Positions 14,200-25,952 of a DNA stretch of 64,000 nt are shown here, piece by piece (the first letter of the stretch is position 1; every line of letters begins with the position of its first letter). The position numbers and the translations under genes are program-made. The DNA comes from Sphagnum compactum (Eukaryota). The stretch is taken from positions 28,696,213 to 28,760,212 of the forward strand of contig OZ234493.1 in the NCBI GenBank assembly GCA_965153455.1. The letters run 5' to 3'. The notes beneath the pieces were generated by a model, which saw only the letters and a program-made list of their open reading frames with translations, did no database searches and was not told where the DNA came from.

Positions 14200-14900
14200 A
14201 CTAATACAAAGGTTTTATGAAAAGATAAAGGTTTAGTTAAGAAGCAAAAAGGTTTTGTTGAGAAGCAAAAGTTTAAAAAAAAAATAGAAATGTTTTACCA
14301 ATAAATAGAAATTTAACTAGGAAATAAGGATAAGGAGGTTCTGTCGAAAGATATAGGTTTAACCAATAATAGATGAAGATTTTGTTGATACATAGAGGTT
14401 TCATTATGAAATATAAATGGTTTGTTAAAAGATAAATGTTTAACCAAAAAAAGATAAAAGTTTTATTGAAAGGCATAAATTTAATTAAGAAGATGTAAAA
14501 GTTTGATAGAAAGATAAAATTTTAACCATGAAATATATAATTTTTGTCACAAAATAAAGGTTTAGTAATGAAGTAATGAGGTTTTGGTGAGAAATAGAAG
14601 TTTAACTAGGAAACGATAAAAGTTTTATTGAGAGATAGAAATTTAATTAATAAAAAAAAAGTTTAACCATGAAAATATAAAAGTTTTGTCAATAGGTAAA
14701 AGTTTAACTAGAAAGTTGAAATTTTTTGTTGAGAGGTAGAGTTTTTAGTAAAAGAAAAAAAAAATTATCAATAAAAATTTGTTTAGCAAGAAATAGAGAT
14801 TTTATTAAGTAAAGGTTTAGCTAATAAGAGAAAGGTTTTCTCCAAGAGATACATGTTTAATTAGGAAAAGATTAAAAAGTATGTAGGTAATGGGGTTGGT
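14200..14900. repeat. Degenerate AT-rich tandem array
   Basis: Recurrent (a/g)gtttaa(c/t)(c/t)a.gaaa.ata units, roughly complementary to the 7200-7450 motif. Confidence 0.6.
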
Positions 14901-15628
14901 TGTTATTTGATAAAGAAGCCCAAGATGTAAGTCAATAGGGTAGGCAAGTGGGAGGGTAGTATGGATTCTAAAGGTTAGGGTTGAAAAAATAATCGCCACA
15001 AAAAAATTAATGTCATCAACCGAAATAGGTTGACCATGATACAATGTTGGTTAACATAAGATGAGGAGTTGGATGAAAAAATGCAACCCATCCCATGGAC
15101 AAAATGAGCAATTGGTGCATTGGTGGGCGCTAGTGATCGCACCAACGATATTTTTTTCAATTTTTTTTTTTTTTTTTTTGATGCTATGTCATTGGCTAAC
15201 ATCTGAAGATGCAATTAACATTAAATGGCAACATTTTTTAAAAAGCCTATATCTACATAGTGAGAAAACAAGATTGAAAAATGCTACAACTATAAAATCA
15301 GAGTCCAAATGTGATGAAAAAGAATATCGTGACAAAATATTCCCCTTAAATCAAATAAAATTTGGTGGCATTTTGGCAAAATTTTGCACCCAAAAGAAAA
15401 AAACTGGATGACACCTTCTACAGAAGGTCCAATGTTTTGTTTTTCAAATTTGTGAGGTAGGTGGGTTGGAGATCATCCATCCACAAGAGGAGTTAGCCAA
15501 ATTTGGCTAGAGCTCAAAGAGAAAAGTAGAAAAATTTAGGAATTTTGCTATGTTTTTGGCTACATGCTAAAAACCGATTATCTATCCACACATGATGATT
15601 TCAAAAAAAATTCCCCTTATATTGTGGA

Positions 15629-16203
15629 CTCATTTGAAGCAAATTGAATCCTTGAGTTGGACCATGCCTTGGATCGGTTCATCAAACCACGAGCTCTCCT
15701 TTTGAGGGGTTTTTTTTTTCGTTTGGGGTTCTAACCAATTGATTTTTGCTCCAAAATGGTGCCATGTAGGTTTAGCCTCAATTTTGCCACTATTTGGTCT
15801 TTCACCCTCATCTAAAGGCCATGGGTCCAATTTATGGCTCTCATCCACTAGGATTGCTCCATTTCATCGGACCTTGAACCTTGTATGCTTCATCTAAAGT
15901 GGGCCCGCTTTAGAGCCACTATACATGAGGGTCAAAGGTCGAATGAAATAGAGCAATCCTATTGGATGAAAGCCATAAATTGGACACGTGGCCTTTAGAT
16001 GAGGGTGAAAGACCAAAAAAGTGGCAAAATTGAGGCTAAACCTACATGGCACCATTTTGGAGTGAAAATCAATTCGTTCGGACCCAAAAAACAAAAACAA
16101 AAAAAAGAGCTCAAAAGGAGAGCTCATGATTTGGAGAACCAAGATGTAAAGCTAAGGTCCAAGGCATGGTCCAACTCAAGGATTCCACTAGCTTCAAATG
16201 AGT
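15629..16203. mobile_element. Two head-to-head Tourist-like MITEs of the 33577-37863 Harbinger family, forming a ~575-bp hairpin
   Basis: The left arm (ctcatttgaagc...catctaaagtgggccc, to 15906) is the reverse complement of the right arm (gagccact...gcttcaaatgag, from 15913). Arm sequence matches 33577-33810. Confidence 0.85.
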
Positions 16204-16654
16204 TCAAATTTGTTCCTAGGAATTTGGACCCTAGACATGCATCCTTAGTGAGCATTAGTGTATTTTTGAAGTGGCAAAATTGAAGCAAGTTGGAGAGACT
16301 CTCAATTCATTTGTGTCCCTTTGCCACCTTCTTGAGTGGCAAGAAGGTGGCCTGCTTTGGAGGGGGGAGAAGTGACTGCAATTGTGAATGAGTGGGGTTA
16401 AGAAAGAGCACACACACATGCACGGTCATCACACTCTCTCTCTCCAACTTGAAGTTATCATGGAGCTAGCTACATTGACTCTGTCCAGATTGCGTCCGAA
16501 ATTGATCAAAACTCAAAACTTAGATCTTGAATGCGTTGGCAGTGTTGAATGATTGAAGGTACAGAGGAAAAACCCGCATAAAATTCTCAATCATCAAGCA
16601 AAAGGATTTTTAATAGTTTAGTCACAAATTGCACCATTGGTTTTCTTTTTTGCA

Positions 16655-17178
16655 TTTTTTGTGGCAATTGTTGTTGCTTTGCCCTAGTAAGGTCTAGTGC
16701 AGATGTGTTTTTTTGCAAGGGAACTTGAAACCCAAATTGTTGATTCATGGGGGAAAAGAAAAAAGAGGTTCACGAAACCGAAATTCTGGTTTCTGTTGCA
16801 AGTTTTTCCACATGTTGGAAGTCTAGCTCAATCAAGCATGCAGGATGCAGAAAGGACTTGGGTTTGTTTCAGCATAAAAATTATGAGGAAATTTGAGATG
16901 GGTTAGAGACCAGAATTTGCTTCTTTTTTTTTGTGGTGCAATTGTTGTTGCTTTGCCTAGTAAGTCTACTGTGGATGTGTTTTGTAAGGGAACTTGAAAC
17001 CCAAGTTATTGATTCATGGGGGAAAAGGAGGAGAGAAGTTTTGAAACTCAAATTGGTTTTCTGTTGCAAGTTTTTGCAAATGTTGGAAGTAGAGCCAGCT
17101 AGCTCCATCAAGCAGGATGCAAAAAGGTTCTGGGTTTCAGCATCTCAGATTTATGAGGAAATTTGAGATGGGTTAGAG
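16655..17178. repeat. ~275-bp two-copy tandem duplication
   Basis: caattgttgttgctttgc...aagggaacttgaaaccca...gattcatgggggaaaag...ttatgaggaaatttgagatgggttagaga occurs twice. Confidence 0.88.
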
Positions 17179-18021
17179 AAGGATTAAGAGGGAAAATAAA
17201 GGGGTTGAAGGGTTTCTGGGTATGCTGCAGGCATCCAAAGATCCAGGTTAATTAATTTGGGTGGTTGAAATGGATAACAGATGGACCGCAGATGTGCCAA
17301 CTGAGGAGCCTGTGCTCCTTACTTGTGGATTTAGAGTTTTTGCTGATGATGGGTGTGAGCAAATTCTTCATTCAGAGGAGTGGGTGCCAAAATCCTGTCA
17401 TATGTTGATGGTGTTACTACCACCAGCTGAAGATGCAGAAAGGCTTTGAGATTGCTGCAAAATTTCAAGGAGAGAGAGACACACAGCCAAGGGGAGGAAG
17501 ATATGGTGAGAGAGATAACAAGGCCAGGCAGAATGATGGGGGAGGAAAAGAAAAGAGGAGCTGAGGAAACTTGGCACAAACATTACATGTGCAAGGATGT
17601 GAGGACCCCACTCCCAAGTCCTGGAGGATTTGAAGCGGTTGCTGCAACCACCAGCAGCCATGGCAGTTACTACTTTCTGGACCTTTTCTGAACCTCTTCA
17701 TCAGCTGAAGAACTCCAGAGGTAATGGATACCGTCATGAATAACAGCAGCATCTCCTTCAAGAGCTTCTCAGAGTCCCCTGAGAACTGGGACCTTGCTAT
17801 TTCTTTTTCTTATTATCGCCACAAGAGCTGAGCTGAACACTTGCTGTAATCTCAAGTCTACGAATGCTGCTGGCTGGCTTCAGAAACAAAACACTTGTTG
17901 TTTCTTGAAAGCTGCTCCTTGGATGAGTGTACTATTGTACAACTACCTTGCAGTTCTGTAATGTCCTTGAAACCCTAGAAAAGATCGAAATCCTAGAAGG
18001 AGGGAAAAACAACAACTGACA

Positions 18022-21000
18022 ATGGTTGCAATGGTGAGGGGGAAGGTCATTCCCAGTAGTATGGTGAGAAGGGACACCATTTCTGAAAGGCTGTTGCCGG
18101 ATGTGATACGACAAAAGAGTGCATCTCCAACAACTGCTCATGCTGCCATTGGAGGTGGCCGTGAAAGCAGCATCAGCCTCCTGCAGGCCAGCCTGCATGT
18201 TACAAAAGCAAGGCAGAGCCAGCGGGGGATTAGTTGGGTTGATTATGAACAACTTCTCAAAGCCAGACAAGATGTGAGGTGCTTGCAGGTGTCAAGATTC
18301 GCATGTCGGCAGCAGAGGTCCTTCTCTGCTGGTGGAGGCAGTGTGAGCAGATCACCATCTCGAGGTCCTTCCCAACCTGATGTTGAAACTGATGATGCAG
18401 AAGAGGAGGAAATTCTTGCTGCTGCAGATGATGATGATGATGATAATGCTGCTGCTGAAGATGTTCAAGGAGATCCAAATGAACGACCGCATGTCAGATT
18501 CTCTGTTTCTCTTCCAGTACGACCGAGTGAAAGACTTGGCTTCACTCCAATTGGAAGGAAGACAGGGTCCAGGTCGCTATCTCGTCCCTCGTCTGCTGCA
18601 CAAGTCATAGGTCAATTTCTCAAATACTCTTCTTGTGCCCCCTTCGCATTTTGCCCCTCACAGATGTGATTTCATACTCATGCAGGATGCGTGTTTTACA
18701 TGTGGAATTGGATCCAAGAGACATCCCTACCCCCCCCATCCAGTCTTGATCTAGAGTGGAAATTGTTTCAGATTCCAGATAAGAATTTGTTTTGGCTTTT
18801 GCTGCTGCTGCAGATCACCGGCGGCGCAGCAGCTCTGTGTCCAGCTCTTTGTGGGGAGCAACAACACCTGAGGTGGGAGCTGAGAGATCCTTCAATGGGG
18901 AGCTCCATAAAGAGATTGGGCAGGCAGTGATTCTGACACCAAGAATCCCAGGAGATGAAAGATGGGGAGACCCACCATCTGCTGCTGCTGCTTATAAGGA
19001 AGCTCCATCAATCACACAAAAGCTGGAGCAAGAAGGATTAGCAATGCGGGTACCTGATTACCTTGCAAACCTGAGAGGAGAATCTCGAGACACACAAATC
19101 AAATGTGTTGTGAGCTCTCAGGGGGTTCCATTGCTGGGTAGCAGTCGCCGCAGCGCATTTGTAAGGACAGTCAAGGCCCTGACTAATATTGATGGAATTG
19201 TTTGTGCTGGTCTTCGCACCAGCAAATACATCACAGTCTCACCCAAGGCACGACTGAGCACAGTGATTGTGCCTGTGAATGCCAAGCAATGGCTGTTGCA
19301 GTCAATGCGCTTGAGAGATACAGAGCTGCGAGATCTGTTTGACCAGGTAAAAGAATTAGAAACTCCTAATTTTTTTGGAGACTGGTTTTTTGGAGAAACC
19401 CAATTGAACACAGTGTTTGTTGTTGTTGTGCTGCTGTGGCTGCTTCTTTCTGTAGGTGGATTTGGTACCTCAGCTTGCAGCTGATCATATCCGACAGGTG
19501 AGGGCAGAATGGGAAGCACTTGAAGCAAAAGAATTGCAAGTGCCTGCAGAAGTGGATACACTTGTAAAGGACCAAGCATTGCTGGCCACAGTAAAGAGAC
19601 TGCTTACACACTTCATTGAATCCATCATTTTTGTGCCGCCCGGTGGTGACCCAAACACAGTAGATGAGAAAAAGGATCGAGCATCATCATCATCATCAGC
19701 AGCAGCAGCAGCAGCAGAAAAGAGTGATGATGAAACCAACATAGAGAGAGGGAGCTGTGAGCCAGCATCATCATCAGAGGGGATGACAACGATGATGATG
19801 CGTTCTACTCCCACCACAGGAAGGTCATTGTCTCGTAGTTTTTCAAGGATGTTCCAGGTACTTATGCGATTGTTTGTTTGTTGTTTGGTACAAATGTCCA
19901 ATACTCTTTTTTCCTCTGCAGTAACTTGTGTATCTCAGAGTACCTATTTCCTGAGGGATTTTGCACGGACTATGATTGATCTGCAGGGCTTTGAGCATGA
20001 TCGAGAAGGGGGATTGTCACCAGTTTTTGGAATGGGTGCAAGTCTCTGTCGTTTGTGTGGCCAAATCAAACCACGAGGTATTGGAAGAGATAGTCACTAC
20101 CTATCTCCAAGCTTTCAGCAAGGTCCTCTCCCAGACTCACCATTGTTTCCTGTTGACAACCGTTCTGAGAGGCAGCTCTCGATCACTCAGGTATCAATCA
20201 ACTGCTCCTAGCCCCGTGTATGCATTGATGTGTAGGTACTTTGAAGAAAGAGATTGATTTGATCATCGTCATCACACACATGTTATGGCTTTTTCTTTTC
20301 TTTTTTGCTTTGGTACCTATCTAGAGAGAAGAGGGAGATAGTGGCAGTATTGGAAAGGCTGCTCAGGATGTGCATCGCATGGGGAAGAGGGTAGAGTAGC
20401 TGTTGGGCCTTGAGTCGATGGACCAAAAGCCAAGCTACAGTCCTAATGACAAGCGCTGGTTTACAGTGCTCTTTCCAGCTCTCCAGGTCCACTCACTCTT
20501 TCCCCATCTTTCTTTCTTCACATGAAAGACTCAGTTCTTTCTCACATTCTTCTGTAGTTTTGGAAGATTCTCAACTTTCTTCACTGATGATGCTGATGAT
20601 GCTGCAGCTGCTGGTGATGACGACGATGATGATGACAGAGGTCAAAGAACAAAAGATTTGAAGCTCCTGGCAAACCTTAGGCTCAAACTGATTGGATATT
20701 TTATTGACTGTCGGTATTGATCTGTAGCCAGGGAAAAGGGAAGATGTGCAGCTGCTTGGGGAGTGGCTCAAACATGCAACCCAACGAAACCAATGTGAGG
20801 ATTCAAATGGCCACATTTCCGATGTGGATTGTGCATTTGTCTTGAATTCCATAGCGTTCCTGGAAGTTGTGCGCCAGGTACAAAACAAAGCTAACATTAT
20901 AATTTCCATTGGCAGGAAAAAAAAAACTTATATATGCATACTTCTTTGGTGAAGAAAAGCACAGCCCAAAAAAAGAAAAAAACTTTGGACCGTTGTCTTT

Positions 21001-22900
21001 GATAAGTAAGCATGATGGGTGCTCTGTATCTGTTGTGTTTCTGAGATTGGTGGATAGCTTTCATGCCATGAATTGGGGTACTTCAGGTGCGTCTACAATG
21101 TGAAGAGAGGGGCGACATGTTGCTGTATGTATGGCGACAACTTCTCCGTATATTCAGCCAGGTTCTTATTCTCCCGGGTTAGCTTCTGTGCTTCTCCATG
21201 TGTGAAAACTGTTTCGGCATTCCTAAGTTGGTCCTGCTGCAATTTAGAATATAAATTATGGTCTTTCCATGTGGTTGTTTTTTTCTCTGTCAAAAAAAAG
21301 AAAGAGAGAGAATGATGGGGTGTTGAAGAATCATTCTTCTTTGTTTTGTGTCTTAGGTGCTAGTTCGTGCAGAGCCGAAGCTAATAGCCATGGAACTGGA
21401 TGTGAGTCAGTTAAGGGAAACTCTATCTGCTGGCAAGCAACAAATTGCAATGATTTTGCAAGAAGTAGCTATTGCAACTAAGCAATGTGAGGTTTTGGAG
21501 ATGGTCCTCAAGGAGAAGGAGCTTCAATGGTCCAAGTTGAAGCGGTGTCGTCTGTGTCTGGGTGAAAATTTGACTACCCAATTGCGTGAGAAATCACTCC
21601 AACAAGGTGGTGGTTCAGGTACAGGACGTAGTACATCTGAGCTAGGAGACGCAAGCCTGGATGCTGCTTCACTGAAGAGTAGTACTACTACTGCCAAGGA
21701 AATAGGTACTAGATCTGTAATGAAAATCTCTCAAGAATCAATCAAAACTCCCATTTGAAGAGCATGAGGTAGGTACTTTGAAGCACGTCCTTTTGCTGAT
21801 GATAAACCCTAAACCCATGGCTCTGATACTGGAATTGGTATTACTCTGGCTTGTGTACTATGCCCAGGGCATGAGGATGAGAGAACAGGAGGAGTAGATC
21901 AGATGGATGGCAGTGGTGAACAGTTGGATCAACACCAAGGGGATGATGGTGCAGAGGCTGCAGAGGCTGCTGGTCTAATGGCAATTAGTGATGGTGGTGG
22001 TGCTGCTGATGGTGAGATGGGGAGTGAGCTCATGGTCAGTAGTGGAAGCAAACATGCTTATAAACCAGGTGTGATTTCGCAGGGATTTGCGCATGCAGAT
22101 GGGCTGCATGTGGATGTGGGAGTACAGACAGATCCAGACATGAAGGGAAGAACGCCCTTCTTTGCAATCCTACAGAAACCCACAAGTGCACCAGGAAGGA
22201 TGATGACTGCGGTAATCGAAGAGTTTTTGTTGGCGAGTGGTGTGGTTCACAGAGACCGACAAGAAGGGGAAGAGGAAGAAGGAGCTGGAGATCAGTCAAA
22301 AGATCAACTTATGGGTGGTGGGTCTGAAGACAGCAGCACTGTGGATACTGACAAAGGCAGCAATGCTCAAGATGAAGGTGAAGATGGTAGAATGAGCAAG
22401 TCATCTTTTAAGGCCCTGGCTGCAGACACTATTGATATTCTGGAGCAACTACCTGATGTAGATACTGACATGGCTGAGAAGCTCCAAGGTATCATTGCAA
22501 TGTTTCAACGCTTGAAAAGCTCAACGAGAACTGTAGTTGCAAGTGGGGATGATGAAGGATCTGATGCAGATGGGGATGAAACCGACAGTTCTAGACGAAA
22601 AGGCAAATTGAGGTTAGTTAGTAGTTTCCATGAGTCTACAAAACAATCAGAAGAAAACTTGTGAAAAATCTCCAACGTCTGGTTTATTCTCTACCTGAAA
22701 TGAAGTTTTGGGTGAGAGTAGTAGAAGAGCACAAGTCTGAATTTCTGCATCTCCTTTGTACAAAATGTGACAATAGGGGTTGGAGCCAATTGAGGAAGGG
22801 ACTAGAGAACAGCAAACAGCTTTCTGATAAATTTTTCTCCATTGCTAAAGAGCTTATGACCAAGCAAAAGAAATTACAAGCCAAAGGGTACTATACATTG

Positions 22901-22950
<50 letters not shown>

Positions 22951-25916
22951 ACAATTCATGAACTTTGGTGTCTCTTCTTCAGGTCTAAATGGGATAAGAT
23001 GACCCACAAGCACTTCCTTTGCCGTATCTACATAGTCTTGAAAATGGATGACTATAGGTTTGACATGGCAAATTGGGATTGATTGGTTTGTGCATTTTAT
23101 TTTTCCTTCATTGATTACATTGCTTAAATTGTACTGAAAAGCACTGATTATAGTGATACCGCTACTTAAATTGTGCTTAAAACCACCGGTTGCAGTGGTT
23201 ACATTGCTTAAGCAGTGCTTAACGAATGCTTTTGAGTACTCTATGATATGCTCATTAGATTCATTTCAAATTTATCATATTGTTGCAATGATATGTTACA
23301 AACATTGTTGTAAAAACACAACACACATTTTCATCATTAACTTAATTTATCACTTTAAAACATGTAAAACAAGAAATGGGTACGAGTTGGAGTGGGTAGT
23401 TTTATTACATCCCTTCTTCTTCTTCTTCTTCCTCATGATGCAAATATGAAAGTTTTGTATATTTTTGATAACCCAGTTCTTCATCATCATGATGCAAAAG
23501 TATATGGGGATTTTTTTTCTTTTTTCCTGCAATTTGATTAGGACCAAGCCGAAAGACCTGCCAAATGTTCCACTAGGATTTTCAAAGATGATGAAAGTCA
23601 ATGTAATTCCCAAGGCTGTGAAAAGCTTCAATGATCGACAGGTTCAATCTTTAAAACTTGACTCAGCATGATTGAAGTGAACTTTGACAATGTATGATAT
23701 ACTTAAATGTCGTAAAATCTGGTCTTAACTTGGACCAGCATTAAACAAAAAGACAAACAAACTTGTCATTGTTTAGTTTTGACAGATGATCTGAATCAAA
23801 CGTAGTGAAGGAAAAAATATGAATTAAATCTAGAGAAAAGCTGAAGGAATTTCTCCTCAGCAGAGTACCACAATATTAATCGCAACTGCACCCGGGCTTC
23901 TTTTTAAAACTGTGAGAGTTGGGGGTTGTGAATATATTGCAGCTTTTGAAGCTTGTTGAAAGCATTTACAGTGCAAAGATAATTGCAGATGCTGTGGATG
24001 ATTCTCAAGAAAATGATCGACAGAACATGTGCGAGTTTATGTATGATTTCATGCTCAATTCGTACGGGCTCAAAGGATTGGCAGAGTCAGCTGTCCATGG
24101 AGTATTCAAAAGAATCAAACAGCTAATGATCACTAAGGCCATTGATAAACACCATCGGGTACGTAAGCAGCTCATCATCATCATCATCATCTTCTTCTTC
24201 TTCTTCTTCTTCTTCTCCAGCTCCTAAATTATTTTTATGTCTTCTCCTCTTGATGCATTGTTATGTATGTACCCATGCACAAGTTGCCGGAGGAAAGAAA
24301 GAAAAAAATTTAACTGAAAGGATTTGGACTAGAACTTCAATCTGTTGAGAACTGTGAGTATACATCAGAACCAGTTCTCAGATTTTTTTGAGAACTGCGG
24401 TTACTGTATGAGAGGACTGATTTGTTTGCTTAACTTTTTGGGAGAATCACAGTTGTGTATCTTTGAGAACCTCTGGTTATGAGGTTCCATTTTTTCCATA
24501 ACCATCCACCCCACCCACCCAACACGGGTGTTGCCATTTTTCTGAGCTAGTTGTTGCTGCTGCTGCTGCTGCTGCTGAAGCATTGAATAATGAATTGATC
24601 ATCAAAAGACATTCATGGTGGGATTGCCAAATTTTTGAATATATAGTATAAAAGCTTTCTTTGGCCAAATATCCTTTGTTTTGTTTTGTTTGGTTTTCGG
24701 TTGTTGGGTTGCAGCTGCGGTTATTTCAAAGGTTCTGCAACTATGATCCACTGAGAGGGTACATGGAGGCCGAGCTCTATCTCTACCTCAAGACTCTTGC
24801 TAAAGCAGAGAGCAAACTAGGTGTGCTTCTCCCAGCTACTGATGCCGAAGATGGTGCCAACTTCCTCAATTGTGCCCAACTGGAATTCCTTCTAGAGGAG
24901 CCCACCTTTGTTGCCCAGTTCCGAGGTAATAAAGACATTGCTTCAGGCTTTCTTCAACAAGTTGCTGAAGAACATGGAATCCTTGAGAAAGCCTCAAATG
25001 AGGTAAGCTTTTTTTTTTTTTTTTTGGTGGAATCAAATTATATTAAATTAAATTAAATTATTTATTATCTCAACCTTCAAACCCTTGAGAAAGCCTCAAA
25101 ATGAGGTAAGAATTTTTTTTGTGGAATTAAATTAAATTAAATTAAAGTATTTATTATCTCAACCTTCAAACCCTTGAGAAAGCCTCAAAATGAGGTAAGA
25201 ATTTTTTTTGTGGAATCAAATTAAATTAAATTAAATTAAATTATTTATTATCTCAACCTTCAAACCCTTGAGAAAGCCTCAAAATGAGGTAAGAATTTTT
25301 TTTGTGGAATTAAATTAAATTAAATTATTTATTATCTCAACCTTCAAACCCTTGAGAAAGCCTCAAAATGAGGTAAGAATTTTTTTTGTGGAATTCAATT
25401 GAATTGAATTAAATTATTTATTATCTCAACCTTCAAACCCTTGAGAAAGCCTCAAAATAAGGGGTTTTTTTTTTTGTGGAATTAAATTAAATTAAATTAT
25501 TTATTATCTCAACCTTCAAACCCTTGAGAAAGCCTCAAAATGAGGTAAGAATTTTTTTTGTGGAATTAAATTATTTATTATCTCAACCTTCAACCCTTGA
25601 GAAAGCCTCAAAATGAGGTAAGAATTTTTTTTGTGGAATTAAATTAAATTAAATTAAATTATTTATTATCTCAACCTTCAAACCCAAACCCAACCCAGCT
25701 CCTTTTTTTCTTTTTTTTTAATACCCTCCTTTCAGTCGGAGGGTATTATTATTTTGCTATCCAATTTATAAGTTAGATAAATAACATGTATGTAATTAAT
25801 TTTGGATTAAATTGTTAATTTTTGAACTTTTTATATTTGATGGTAATTAGGATCAAATTTTCTGAACAAAAACATTAGAAATACTTTTTTGTTGGATCAT
25901 TTAGCGAGACAAAATA

Positions 25917-25952
<36 letters not shown>

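Noticed and set aside
20558-20720. Asp/Ala-rich apparent exon (TDDADDAAAAGDDDD...)
   Set aside because: Its phases do not fit, and splicing 20486 directly to 20728 restores the LFPALQPGKRED motif. Treated as intronic microsatellite.
24981-25684. Repeat-spacer appearance resembling a CRISPR array (also 7200-7450, 27639-27960, 54700-54950, 58635-58885)
   Set aside because: There are no unique spacers and no cas genes, and the context is eukaryotic intron or intergenic DNA. These are plain minisatellites.
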